DNA of 64,000 bases from Antechinus flavipes (lineage: Eukaryota): NCBI RefSeq assembly GCF_016432865.1, contig NC_067401.1, positions 478,950,001-479,014,000 on the forward strand. The letters are read 5' to 3'. The translations under genes and the position numbers were made by a program. The stretch's first letter is position 1; every line of letters begins with the position of its first letter. This document shows, piece by piece, positions 46,869-59,930 of this stretch. A model generated the notes under the pieces. The model saw only the letters and a list, made by a program, of their open reading frames with translations. It did no database searches and was not told the origin of the DNA.

Positions 46869-48245
46869 GCCTTGAGAGATCTCAAAATCAACATATTATA
46901 TTCAAAACAGAATTCACTACTTCTTCCCACTCCCTGAAACTCACCCCTTGGGAGCAGCCAGATGGTGCAGTGTGGCGTCAGGAGGATCCGAATTTGACCC
47001 CAGACACTTTCTAGTTGTGTGATCCTGAACAAGTCACTTAACCCCACTGACTGCAAAAATAAGAAATGGGAACAGAAACTCAACCTTCTACTAACCATCC
47101 AGGGCACTACCATCCCCCAGGGTCAGACCCTCAGCATTACTGCCTTACTCCCCCATCCAATCAGTTGCTAAATCTATTCCTTATCCCTTCACATATTACA
47201 TGTTCTATGGATGCTAGAAATATAGTGAACAGTTAATAACTAATAAGCACCTACTATGTGCCAGACATAATGGAAAGAAAGTCCTCGTCCACAGGGATCT
47301 TACAGTCCAATAGGGGCAGACAACACAAACAAAAAGCAGAAAAGGTGGGGGAGGTGCCAAGGAGTTTCTCACTGCATTTTAAAAATATTTTGAAAAGGAG
47401 TCAAGAGGCTTCACCAGACTACGCCAGGGGAACATAGGTTCGACATGGACAAAGTGAAAAGCTTCTGCCCTAAAGAAAAGTTCACTACCTGTTGGGTGGG
47501 GGAGGGGAGGCAATAAGAATTAAGGGGAAGCAGGGACAGTGAATGAAACAAACAGGAGATGCAGAGGGACTGAAATGAGAGTGGGGGGAGGACTCAGGGA
47601 CTCTGCTGGGCAGGGCAAGCTTTGGGGTTAATGAGATGCTGGGACGGTGGCAAGGTCCAGAGGGGAGAGGACTCCTGGCCTGGGAAAGGAAGTTTCAAGT
47701 TCCTTGAAGGGATCTCACCAAGTGGTCCCGTAACGTTCCTTAGGGGAGGGGGCTCCTGAATTGCTCAGGGTCACCCAGCTAATAAATGTCTGAGGCAAGA
47801 TTTGAACTCAGGTCCTGGAAGCTCATCGCCTTTTGAGGAAGCGCATTCCACTCCACAGATGGCCAGAATTGGTCATTTTTTTCTTAGTTGTGCCTCTCAT
47901 AACTTCTCCACCTGGATTTGGGGCCAAGTAGAACAAGGCCGATCCTTCAGATATTTGAAGGCAACAATCCAGTCACTCCACCTGCTCCACCCTGTTCCCC
48001 TCTCCTCTAGGGGGGCTGAATGTCCTCAGTACTCTCTTATATGGCCTGGTTTCCAGTTCCTCATCTTCCTGACTTCATGCCTCTCTTGAGGCTGGACTCA
48101 AATGGGGAACAGTTTAAGGAGGGGGGAAAGGAAACTGAATGATGGAGAGGTGGGAGATGGCCGAGTCAGGAGTTGGCGGGGAGGGATGTGACAAACTGTC
48201 TTCCAGTTTGATGCTGATGCTCAGGAAGGATAGCAGAGAGTGGCT

Positions 48246-48452
48246 GCCCTAGTGGCCTGGCTGGGCACCAGTGGGAGCAGTGGTCACTGCCCTGGCGGCC
48301 TGGCTGGGCCCCAGTGGGAGCAGTGATCAATGCCCTGGTGGCCTGGCTGGGCCCTAGTGGGAGCAGTGATCACCACCCTGGCGGCCTGGCTGGGCCCCAG
48401 TGGGAGCAGTGGTCACTGCCCTGGCGGCCTGGCTGGGCCCCAGTGGGAGCAG
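48246..48452. repeat. 43-bp minisatellite, about 4.8 copies
   Basis: Unit GCCCTGGCGGCCTGGCTGGGCCCCAGTGGGAGCAGTGGTCACT starts at 48246, 48289, 48332, 48375 and 48418. Confidence 0.95.
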
Positions 48453-49349
48453 CAGTGGAGTTCAGAACCCAGGAGAGGAGAAATCCCCTGCCAGTCATAC
48501 CAGGGTAGGCAAGTGAGGGGAAAGGTTAAGCTCTTGTGCAAGTGCTTGCCATAGTTAATCTCCTTTGATCCTCCCAACAGCCCTGGGTGGTAGGTGCGAT
48601 GATTATATTTTACAGGGAAGGAAACTGAGGCAGGAGTGAAAAGACTTGCCCAGGCTCACCAAGCTAATCGGTATCTGAGGCTGAATTTGCACTCTATCCA
48701 CTGGCCCACCAGCTGCCTCTGATGACTGGCTGTCAGGATGTCTCCTATGTGCTGAGGCTCTGGAGTCTGTCGGGCTTTATGGGAGCTGAGTTTATGGCAG
48801 GGCAGTCTCCTTTATTCTCTCCCCCATCTATCATGAAGACAAGTTGATTTGTCTGGGCCACTTCCCCTTTCCACAGTGACAACTCCACTCAGAATTAGCC
48901 TCATTTGCTATCATAGAAGGAAAGGGAGAGGGGATCTAGGCTGAATGCTGGCTTTGGCTTCTCCCCCTGCCTTAGTTTACCTTTTGCCAAGCCACTACGG
49001 GAAATTTATGGACAGAGGCTCTTTCTCCAATCTGTGGTGCCCTCCCAGACATCCCACCATTCTGAGAGGGGCCTAGAGTTCTTCACTGTTAGACAGAGAC
49101 AAATGGACACACAAATCAGAGACAAAGACACACACAAATCAGAGAATAAAAAACAAGAGACATGTGTTAAATGGACCAGAATCACAGAGATAAAGACACC
49201 CCATGAGCCTCAGCTTTGAGAAAGTAGACAAATAATCTTCAACTTGGCAGCCGAGACAAAGGGAGACAGAGTTGGAGGCGCACAGAAGACAGACAGGGCA
49301 GTGGGCAGCTGGTGCCATGTGGGCAGAACAGGCTCAGCCAACAATGGAC

Positions 49350-49355
49350 TTTATT
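49350..49355 (-). terminator. Probable LURAP1 poly(A) signal AATAAA
   Basis: First minus-strand AATAAA I found after the stop, about 940 nt downstream. Confidence 0.5.
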
Positions 49356-50296
49356 GAAACTGAGTATTGTGGGCCTTCCTCCCTCCCCCCTCTCCTCAAA
49401 TAACCTTACCCTCTCTCCCCCCCAACTCTGAGGCTCAAGACCTATGGCACTGAGACTAGACTGAGATCAAGGGTCATGAATTGGCAACAATTGGGGTATG
49501 GGGTGGCGGGAGAAGCAGCTCAGGTACATCCCAGCCTGGACCACTGGGGCAGAGTTCTGTACCTCTGCCCCACCCTCAGCAGAGAGCAAGGGGAATACTA
49601 GCGCAGGTTCTTTCCCAACACTGGGGAGGTGGAGACCAACAGGAAAGGACACTGACAGGAAATCTCCAGGGAGCCCATGGCAAGGAGGGGTCTGTCACTC
49701 CCAAGAAAGGCCAAGGAGAAGCCTGACCACTAGGAGGTGATGCTGACCCAGTAGGTCTCCCGATCCTGAGTCAGTGGGAAGAAGTAGCTCCCAGGTGGTG
49801 GGTTTGGGGCCTCCCACCTCATCCACAGACTGTGATGCTATCCCTGATGCAGGGAAGAGGTGAGTTGCCACCCAGAAATCTAGGTGACTTTGTAGGGAAT
49901 GGGGAGGAGCTTCCACCCCGACTCCTCCCACCGCCATCTCACGGCCAGAGGAGGCTGGCTTGGAAGGGTGGGCAATGCTACCCCTTCTCTGATGTCCATC
50001 CCACCAGCCTCTCCGAAATCGGGCAGGGCCTTCACTAGGCCAAGGTTGCCATCTGGCTGTCTTCCCAAAGGAGGGACACAGGACATAGAGACAGCCTCTT
50101 GCAAAGGAAGAGTTGGGGAGAGCGGGGCTGGCCTGAGGAACATCGTGGAGTCTAGTTCTCCTTATCTTTCCCTAAGTCTTCAGATTTTCCATTGAAATTT
50201 AAAGCCAAAAGGAATCTCTGAACCCATGCCGTCTCCCCAGTCGGAGAATGAGAGGAAGGGGACGGGCTCGGGGGAGATGAGAGGCCTGTGGGGCTG

Positions 50297-51342
50297 CTAC
50301 AAGAACGTCACGTCGTCCTGGCACTGTCCCCAGTACCAGTGGGCCCCGTAGCCGAGGCCAGTCCTGGCATCCTCAGGGACCTCCTCTCCAGGAGGCTTCC
50401 GCCCCAACCTGGCCCCCGACACCGAGTCGGCCTCTGTCCAGGGCCTCTCCTCCGAGGGAGACGCCTTTGCCCAGGCCGCGCTAGGCGGGGGATGCCGGGG
50501 GCCGGCCTCCGAGAGCCCCTCATCATCGGGCTCAGCCCCTGAGGCCAGCGTGTCCAGGTAGCTGCCGATGGAGACGCTGTCCAGCCGGTCTACGGCTGTG
50601 GTGCTGGTGGGGGTGGGGTCAGGCAGGCTCTCCCAGCTGCCCCGGTGGGAGCAGGCCCCCGGACTGCCCCCCGTCAGGCTGTACTGGCTGCTGGTGAGGC
50701 TGCTGCAGCGGCTAGCCAGGGTACCCCGCTCCTCCAGCAGCCAGCGCACCGCCTCGATGCCCTCGTTCACCGTGACCAGCTGCTGCAGGATCTTCACGTC
50801 GGTGGCTCGAAGGTAAGCCTGGAGAGAGAGGGAGAGGAGGAGGGCTGCAGGCCGAGTCCGGGCAGGGGGGCACAGGCCAGTCCTTAACAGTAAAGGCTGC
50901 CCAGTGGGGCAGGTCAGGAAACAGCCCCAATTCTGGAGCCCGGAGTCATAAGCTAGCCACTTCTACACACTCATACACCCACTTAGAAACACACACACAC
51001 ACACTCACACTCAGAAACACACACACACTCACACACACATTCACACTCAGAAACACACACACTCAAACACACTCACACTCACATACTCACACTCACAATC
51101 ACTCAGAAACACACACACTCACAATCACACTCAGATACACACACACACTCACACTCAGAAACACACACTCACACACACACTCACTCAGAAACACATTCAC
51201 ACACACACTCACAATCACATACACACACACACAATCACACACTCACAATCACACTCACATACACACTCAGAAACACACACACTCACACACTCATAATCAT
51301 ACTCAGAAACACTCACAATCACACTCACACACACACTCAGAA

Positions 51343-51375
<33 letters not shown>

Positions 51376-54300
51376 TTTAGTTTTCTCATCTGCCAAATGA
51401 TGGTTCTCGGGCTTAGGAATTCTTCCTGCCAAGCAGCCCCTGTTGGCCTTTTGGGGACTTCTCCCCCACGGTACCTGGAGCCCAGCAGGGTCAGGCTGAC
51501 CTGTTTCATAGGGCAGCCCTTCAAATATCTGAAGACAGTTGTGACACACAAATGGCTGATGCTGGTTCTAGAGGAGGGATGATGAACTATCCTCTAACCC
51601 TGCTCTTGGCAGACCCTCAGACACCCACTTTCACACCCGCTGCTGGGTCAGATCACCATGCAATTCATGGGTCCGGGAAGTCTAGGGAAATTTGTGTGTC
51701 CTCTGGGTTAAGGCTGGATTGGGGGCAGGGCCCCGGGAGTCACAACTGACATCTCCAGGAGGACTGGATGTGTGAGGGGCGAAGGCCGGGAGGCTGAGCC
51801 TCTCATGAGGACAGCGAGGCTCTCCACGTCTGGCCTTGGGAGACCCCTGGTGACTGGGCAGGGGCTGAGTGGGCTGATGGGGGGCAGGAGGAGGCAGCCG
51901 AAGGGTTCCCCAGCTTGGATATGACCCCTGTAGAATATAATAGGGATGGGGCAGAGAGAATGACTCCCCAACAGTCCAGTTGTCAAGTCAGTGAGAAGTT
52001 GCGGCAAAGACCAAGAGGTCGGGGGGGGGGGGCACCAATGAGGAGAAGAGGGAAAGGCAAGAAGACTGGCCAGACCGCCAAGGAGGAAAGGCCAGCAGGA
52101 GGGCTCCCCAGACTTCAGGAGGGGCGGGGAAAGGCAAGATGGGATCCCTGTGGGAGGCACTGCCAGGGTCTGGGCTTCTGAGTAAAGCTATTTGAGTTAG
52201 AAGCTCCAAGGACGTCCCAGAAGTCTGTCCTCCACCCCGGCATGGGCGGTGTCCAAGGCCGGCTGGCTGGGAGGAGGCAGCGTGGGGTCCATTCCCCTAG
52301 TGTCCCCGAGACCAGAATGGCTGCCTGAAACGGGGACAACATGCTACAGATCAGGGGAGAGTGGGGGGATGCTGAGGGGCAGATGCAAGCTGTTCTCTCC
52401 TCCTGGCCAGAGGGAGCCAAGAACACAGGGAAGTTCCCCTTGTGGTGCCCCAAGACCACTGGATGTGACTCTAGGGCTAAACGAGAGGCCTCCAGTCTCA
52501 GGAGGGCCAAGCCTGGAGCTAGGGGGACGGTACCAAGAGCCAAATTTCTGGTGGCCAGAAGGAACATCACCACCCCAAAAAGGAATGGGCTGCCTAGGAA
52601 GGTGCCGAGCTCCCAAACAGCCACAGGGCTAAAAGAGAAAGGATTCTGGTGCAAACTTTGGGAAGAGGGCATGGGATGGGGGCTCCGGTCCCGCGTCCCC
52701 CTACAACATGCACAGTGTTTCTTGAATCCTGGGCCGGCCAGCTGCCCAGGTTCTGCCCCAAATGGGGAGCCATACAGATAGGCCAGGTAGGGTCAGGGTG
52801 ACAGAGAACACTTTGTTGTGGTTAATCAGTGGTGTGTGACCCATTTGGTGTTTTCTTAATAAAGACACAGAGCGCTTTGCCATTTCCTTCTCCGGCTCAT
52901 TTTACAGATGAGGAAACTGAGGCCGCCTGCATTATTTTAATGACTTGCCCAGGGTCACCGGCTAGGAAATGTCTAAGGTCAGATTTGAACTCCCAAAGAT
53001 GAGATTTCCTGACGTCACTGCACCACCTAGTGGCCAGAGAGAGAACACAGCCTCTATAGAGTTCTAAAATCAGGCCCCTCAGCCCCACCTGAGCGGAAGA
53101 CTAGGTATGAATATGGATGGCTGCGGGGATGAAGGTGGAGAGTGACATCACCCTCCGGGTCCCACGGGAAAAAGCAGGGACTCTGCTTCCTGGCTCCCAA
53201 CCCCCCCAACTCCCACTGGGGGGCATTTGGGGATTCTCAGAGAACGTGGAAAGCCCAAAGAAAGCTGGGAATTCACTGAGTTTGATCCGCGTTCTACAGG
53301 GCAGGATGCTCAAGGTCACCCCCACCGCCAGGGCTGGAATATTCCCGGGTGGGGGCAGGAGCAGGAGGGCTTCTGAGGAGAGGGGGAGGAATAGGAATGC
53401 CCCCTCCCCTCCCACCCCTCCCTGGCCCATGAAGAGGTCACTTCGGCAGCAGCATCCGGCCTCTTGGTCAGGAAGGCAGGAAAAGGAGGGTCCTGTGCCA
53501 GCCCATCTTGGGGGGGACAGCTGGGTTGGCAGATGGAGGTACCGAAGGGCAGAGCCATCCTCCCTTCCCCCACACAGGTTTTGGGGAGGTAATCGGGAGC
53601 CTTAAAGGGCCAGTGCTCCAAAGTCACCGTCTCCAGACTGGAAGGGCCCTGACAAGGGCAGATAATCAGGCTCCTTAGACCCGAACTCACCGCCAAGAAG
53701 GGGCAGAGTGGAATACGGAGCCTGTACCATCCACTCCCAGAATAATGGCCATTGAAAGGGCCTGACTATTCTCCCACCGCAGGGGCAAGGAGACGGTCAG
53801 ATGCAGAATGTCTGGGTCTCAACCAGCTGGGTCCCTGGGAAGCCAGACTGGGGGTCTGGGGAGAAACAAGCAGGCATCCTCGTGGGGGATAGCCCTTCCC
53901 CGAACTCTACCTTGTCTGAACCCTCCCCTTTAACTGATACAGGGAGAAGTCAGAAAGCGTTAACACTGAAGGGGAAACAGCCTCCGACAAGTTTCTTTAG
54001 GGCTCAGTTTCCCCATCTGTGAAGTGGGCTAACAAGTGACCCTCGGAGGGATGCAGGGAGAAGCGCTTTGTAAACTTTTCTACAGAAATGGGGCTGCAGC
54101 TATGACTAAGTCCCCAGGCCATCCTGGGCCCGGCGAGTTCACTCCAGGCAGCCGGCTGAGGTTCGGCTTCCCACCTCCCGAGTGGAAAGTCCCGGGCGCC
54201 AGAAGAGGCCGGTCTTCCGTGCATTTGGCTTTGCGGGAGGCTGGGGATTAATGGGCTTCTCTAAAGGCGCTGAGCCGGCCGGCGGAGAGCTCCCTTCTCC

Positions 54301-55550
54301 CCCTAGGCCGGGCCGGCTCAGCCCGGATCCCTCCGAAGAGACTCCAGGGTCCCGCGACGGCCACCAGGAGGCAGTACAAGCAATCATCCCCGAAGGTTTC
54401 ACCGGCCTCCCCACTATCTCGCCGCCTTCCCTCTAAGTTACTGAGGAAACTGCCCTCCTGGAGAGTTGCAGGGATTTGCCCAAGGTCAGGCAGTGGGCGA
54501 GCGGCCGCCCCGGCCTCCCATCCGCCGCCCCGCTCCCCCTGCCTGTTTCTCACTGAGACCCTGGGCCGCGGAGGCGGCTCTCCGGCTAAGTCAGGGAGCC
54601 CCGGCTTTCAGCAGAGCCCGGAGTGGGGCTGCGGGAGTCTGGGCACCCTCTGCCCACCCCGAACCCGCACCCACGGGGGAGGGCGGCGCCGGCAGATGGC
54701 CGCACCTCCTCACCTAACGCGGGGGTCCCAGGAACAGGAGGCCGCCCGGGCTGGGAAGCGGACGCCTGGAGAGACGGGAGGTGGCCATCCCGGCGGCCAC
54801 GGCGGCTTCCCGGGAGCCCTGGGTCTGGTGCGAGCCGCCCCCCCCTTCAATCCTTTGCACAGAAGAGCCCGGGTCCCGCTGAGGGGTCTTGTCCAGGGTC
54901 CCACAACCTGCTGCCGGCTGGCATTTCCATCCGGGCCAAGGGCAGCGGGGGTGTCGGCCCCAGAGCCGGATCGGGGCGGGCGTCTGGGGCGTGAGACAGA
55001 TCCCAACATCCCCCTCGGAAAGGGAAAGCCTGACCTTTTATCCTGGAATCGGACGGGGGAAAAACGGGCGACGGAAAAGGCTCCGGCACGTCTTTTCCTC
55101 GCCCCGGGGCGGAGGCTGGCCCAGACTCGGATTTACAAGCCCGCAAAGCCCTTCCTCAAGTTCGGCGCACACCTGGCCCGGCTTTGAGTCTGGGGACGGC
55201 GGGTGGGGGTGGGGGGATCCGGCCGGAGCATTATTTAACCGTTGGGGGCGCAGAAACGGCGGGGTGGGGGGTGGGGAGCGAAGACCAGGCTCAAGTCCGA
55301 GCGTGGGGACGGGGCACAGGAGGGGAGACTCACTCACCAGCTCCAGCCTGAGCGCCGTGACCTTGTCGCCCAGACCGAGGCCGGGGCCGGGGCCATGGCC
55401 GGCTTCGGTTCCTCGGGGAAGCGGCAGCAGCGCAGAGACCGGCTCTCCCTCGCCCCGCAAACTGCGGAGCAGCCCCTCGGGCGTCTTCCGCCCCACCTTG
55501 CCTTCCACGTCCCGCAGATCGGGCGCCGAGCACTCCGGGGTCCCCTCCAT
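50297..55550 (-). CDS. LURAP1: LURAP1 (LRAP35a), leucine-rich adaptor protein 1 (2 coding exons, 244 aa)
   Basis: Exon 1 55550-55338 (MEGTPECSAPDLRDVEGKVGRKTPEGLL...LRLEL|gtgag). Exon 2 50818-50297 (cag|AYLRATDVKILQQLVTVNEGIEAVRWLLEERG...QCQDDVTFL*), ending in the PDZ-binding-type C-terminus VTFL. Confidence 0.95.
50965..51372. repeat. Compound CA / CACT / CTCAGAAA micro-minisatellite in the LURAP1 intron
   Basis: About 400 bp of interrupted (CA)n with recurring CTCAGAAACAC, ending in a pure CA run. Confidence 0.97.
51380..51545 (-). mobile_element. L3/CR1 3' remnant
   Basis: gggcagcccttcaaatatctgaagacag is the reverse complement of an L3 3' motif. A similar relic lies at ~47850-48090. Confidence 0.55.
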
Positions 55551-55930
55551 GCAGGGGCAGGAGGGGCCCAAGATGCTTCGCTTCCCCCGCCCCCTGCCCC
55601 TCCGGGGCGGGGCCACCCGGACGCCTCGTTCCCACCCTCCTCCTGGCTCCCCCCTGTCGCCGAGTGGAGCTGGATCCCGGAGCCCAGGGGAGGTCTGGAA
55701 GTGAGGGGCGGGGCCTGAGGAGCGGCGCGGGAGCGCTCCACATTCCCAGCCGCCCTCGGGCAGGCGCCGAACCTCGCCTGGAACTGCCAGCGCGGGCCAG
55801 GTGCGGGGGCGGGCCCGCCCGCTCGGAGGATCTCCGAGCCCGGCTCAGCCCTGCGCAGTTCCTTTACACGCTGGTGCCCTTCCCCCGGGCCACGAAGGCT
55901 GCAGACTTGGAGTCGGGAGCCCTGGGTGCA
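54100..55930 (-). promoter_or_regulatory. LURAP1 CpG island (promoter, exon 1 and the start of intron 1)
   Basis: Very high CpG density around exon 1, with GC boxes GGGGCGGG at ~55605 and ~55705. Confidence 0.75.
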
Positions 55931-56352
55931 AATTCTGCCCCGGACAGGAGCCAGCAGCATCCCCGGCAAATCCCTTTCATTGGATCCTCACAACCACCCA
56001 AGCGATGTTAGTATCCCCATTTTACAGTTGGGAAAACTGACGCAAACAGCAGTTAAGTGACTTGTCCAGGGTCACACAGCTAAGGCCAAATTTGAACTCA
56101 GGTCTTCCAGATTCAAAGCAAGAAAAGCTAGTACCACCTAGCTTACCTCAGTGCAGCTAACGATCATTTTGGGGCCCTCACTGTTCTAAAGGCACAGTTC
56201 TGAGAAGAGAAGAGGGGCGAGTAGAAAAGGAAAGACAGATGATCTACACCTGTAGCAATGTCTCCTCTTGGTGACAGGCAGGGCATGCGCTGGAGAAACG
56301 CCAGAGTTTATTCTAGCTCTGACTTTCTCTGTTCTAAGGCCCCTCCCAGCCC

Positions 56353-57063
56353 TAGCAACCACACCAACCCAGGCTCTAATCTGTGGGGTCAGAGTTGAAC
56401 AAAGCAGGAGAGATGAAGGGGAGTCGGGACACAAACAAAAGTTTCATTCCAAATTGAGGAAAACCGTTTGCAAGCGAGGACACATGGGCCAGACTCCCTC
56501 TCCTGGCTGGGGGACCCCCATCCCTGGTGGGGGCTTTAAAGTCGGATACCTATGGCTCCACAGTGACCTGTGGCCTACGCAGGGAGGGTACCAGTAACCA
56601 CCAACGAGGCTGACTTACAGCAGGTCTTACTGACTAGGACACAGGGGTGACAGGTGCTTGCCCAGACCCAGAGACCACCTGATGGGGGATTCGGGGATTT
56701 CCCCGGGGCTGAGCTTTTTAGAGCGTGAGCACAAATGATTGTTATATCAAGCTCAGAGAACAGCTCGCTTGCTGAACCTTAGCCCTGGAAAACAGGGTGT
56801 GTCCTAATAGCCCCATTTCCCCTTTGGGCCAAAGAGAGAGTTACTGAAAGAACCCCCACTGTTATGGCCAAAAAGGAGATGCAGGTATTAGCCGGGACGC
56901 CATGAGATATTGCCCGGTTTCCCGAGGGGACCCATTGGGTAAGTGTGTCCCTGATATCATTGCTAGCCAGTATTTGCATATAAGCAGCAAGTAAGGGGAG
57001 GGTGGAGAATACAGAGGGAGAAAAATGTGCTTGAATCAGGACCTTGTGGTTAGACACGTAACA
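56353..57063 (-). mobile_element. Solo LTR (approximate bounds), related to the LTR at 61331-61877
   Basis: Two blocks align by eye with the 61.3-61.9 kb LTR (56403-56470 with 61393-61455, and 56730-56790 with 61789-61852). The minus strand has a TTTAAA TATA-like box and an AATGAAA-ctttt-gtttgtgtcc poly(A)/U5-like segment. No clear TSD. Confidence 0.6.
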
Positions 57064-57817
57064 AAAAGGAAGAGGGAAGAAAAAACTAGGACAGCATACT
57101 CAGCTCTTGTTTCTCATTTGGGGACAACTGTCTCATCTAGAGGTTGGCCGTTCCGCGAGGTCCCTGGAGGGTTCTGTCATCATCCGCTCAAGAGCAGGGG
57201 CTTTCTTCAGAGGATGCAGGAGTCTCTAGCCACAAGTTTGGCAGCTGTGGGAGTGATGAAAATGACCAGGTAGGGGTCCTTAGGGAAGCCTCCTTGCATC
57301 ATTGTTTGAATCTGAATTTCTGGTTAGCGTAACATAGGCCCTTAGTGAAGAGTCTGTAAACAATATATAAAGATGATCCAGTTTCCCAGTTACACGGGGC
57401 TAGTTTCAAGCAATGCAATAAAATTTTTCCCACAGTTCCCACAATTGCATAATTTTGTTAAGTCAAGTACAGATCGCACCACTTAGAGGTCTCACCGTGG
57501 ACTAATTCTGAGAAGGAAGATTTACATGTCACCAAGGTAATCAAGAAACCAAACTTCTTGAAAGAAAGGATCAAAGCAATATACAGTGGTTATTACCAAT
57601 ATTAACATCAAATCTCTTCCTGTCCTAGTATCCTATTGTCAATATCCACTTAATCAGCACATTTTGAGTCCCAGATGTCACCTATCTGGTCCCTAGATAC
57701 CTTGGACAATAGGCTATATTCAGTACAGCTCTAAAGGAGGCTCTGCTTCTGAACTTCAAGGTTTCTAGATAATTATTACTTAAAATATTTTAATAGAACC
57801 ATTTAAATTTGGTTCTC

Positions 57818-58823
57818 CCATTGTGAACCGATTCAACCATTCTGGAGAGGAGTTTGGAACTAGGCCCAAAGAGCTCTCAAACTACATATCCCCTTTGATC
57901 CAGCATGCTTCTACTAGGCCTGTCTCCCAAAGAGATCATAAAAAAGGGAAAGGGGCACACATGTACAAAAATATTTGTAGCAGCCCTTGTTGTAGTGGCA
58001 AAGAAACTGGAAAATGAATGGATGCCCATCAATTGGAGAATGGATGAGTAAATTGTGGTATATGAATGTTATGGAATATTATTGTTCTGTAAGAAATGAC
58101 CGGCAGGATGAATACAGAGAGGCTTGGAGAGACTTACATGAACTGATGCTGAGTGAAACGAGCAGAACCAGGAGATCATTGTATACCTCAACAACGATAT
58201 TGTTTGAGGATGTATTCTGATGGAAGTGGATCTCTTCGACAAAGAGACCTAACTCAGTTTCAATTGATCAAAGATGGACAGAAGCAGCTACACCCAAAGA
58301 AAGAACACTGGGAAATGAATGTAAACTGCTTGCATTTTTGTTTTTCTTCCCGGGTTATTTTTACCTTCTGAATCCAATTCTCCCTGTGCAACAAGAGAAC
58401 TGTTCAGTTCTGCAAACATATATTGTATCTAGGATATGCTGTAACCTATTTAACATGTATAGGACTGCTTGCCATCTGGGGGAGGGAGTGGAGGGAGGGA
58501 AGGGAAAAATCGGAACAAAAGAGAGTGCAAGGGATAATGTTGTAAAAAATTACCCTGGCATGGGTTCTGTCAATAAAAAGTTATTTTTCAAAAATTATTT
58601 TTCCTTTTTGATCTGATATTTCTTGTGCAACATGATCTTTGGAGAAATACGTATAGAAGAATTGCATATATTTAACATGTATTGGATTACTTGCCCTCTA
58701 GAGAGGAGAGGGGAGGAGGATGGAGAGAAAAAATTTGGAATACAAGGTTTTGCAAGGGTGAATGTTGAAACTTATCCATGCATATGTTTTGAAAATAAAA
58801 AGCTTTAATAAATAAATAATAAA
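57818..58823 (+). mobile_element. 5'-truncated L1 (ORF2 C-terminus plus 3' UTR) followed by a second L1 3' tail, flanked by a TSD
   Basis: ORF 58014..58220 reads GCPSIGEWMSKLWYMNVMEYYCSVRND..REAWRDLHELMLSE. TSD AAATTTGGTTCTC at 57805-57817 and 58825-58837. Confidence 0.9.
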
Positions 58824-59349
58824 TAAATTTGGTTCTCTAATTTTGAAAATTCAGAAAACTTCTGTTTATATCATTTGCTGTTTCTATCTTTACCTAAAAC
58901 CTGTACCTGATATAATTTTTTTAAATCATTATAAGCTATTTCTTAGTCAACACCAGATACTTTTGATAATTACTGTCGTGTAATATGGTTTAAGATTTAA
59001 TACTGCTAAATCTTCTTCCTTTACGTTTTTATTCGTTTCTTTGCCATTCTTTTTGTTCTTCATTTATATTATATTGGCCCTGTCTGCCCATATAATTTAT
59101 ATTTCTTTTATTATTTAAATCTGATAAGAATTACTGGGTTTGTTTTGGCAAATGTACTTCCAGGTATTTTACAGTCTAGAGTTATTTTAAAATGAGGCAT
59201 CTCTTACTATCTCTTCTTGGAATGTTTTGTGATATTCAAGAATACTGCTGACAATGTATGTCCTTGTTTCACACTTGATCTTACTAGGAAAATTATCCCC
59301 ATTACAAATAATGCTTGCAAGATAATTGTACAAATATGTATGCATATAT

Positions 59350-59930
59350 TGGTTTTAACAAACAACAAAAAGAGGTGAAAACACTATGTTGTGATCTACA
59401 TTCAGTCCGCATAATGCTTTCTCTGGTTGCAGATGGCTCTCTCTTCATTGCAAAAACCATTGAAACTAGCTGAATCATCCCAGTGGGTTGAAAAGAGCCA
59501 AGTTCATAACAATTGATCATCACATAATTTTGTTGTTGCTATGTACAATGTTCTCTTGGTTCTGCTAATTTCACTTAGCACAGTTCATGTCTCTCCAGGC
59601 CTCTCTGAAATCATCCTGTTGATTGTTATGGAACAATAATATTCCATTACGTTAATATACCATAGCTTATTTAGCCATTCCCCAACTGATGGGCATCCAC
59701 TCAGTTTCCAGTCCCTTGCCACTAAAGCTGCTACAAACATTTTTGCACATATGGGTCCCTTTTTTATGATCTCTTTGGGAAACACACCCAGTAGACACAC
59801 TGCTGGATCAAAAGGTACATACAGTTTGCTAGCTCTTTGGGCAGAGTTCCAAATCGCCTTCCAGAATGGTTGGATCACCAACCATGCATTAGTGTCCCAC
59901 TTTTTTCACTTCCCAACATTTATCATTATC
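59350..59930 (-). mobile_element. L1 3' fragment
   Basis: ORF 59585..59881 reads IQPFWKAIWNSAQRASKLYVPFDPAV...GCPSVGEWLNKLWYINVMEYY. Confidence 0.85.
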
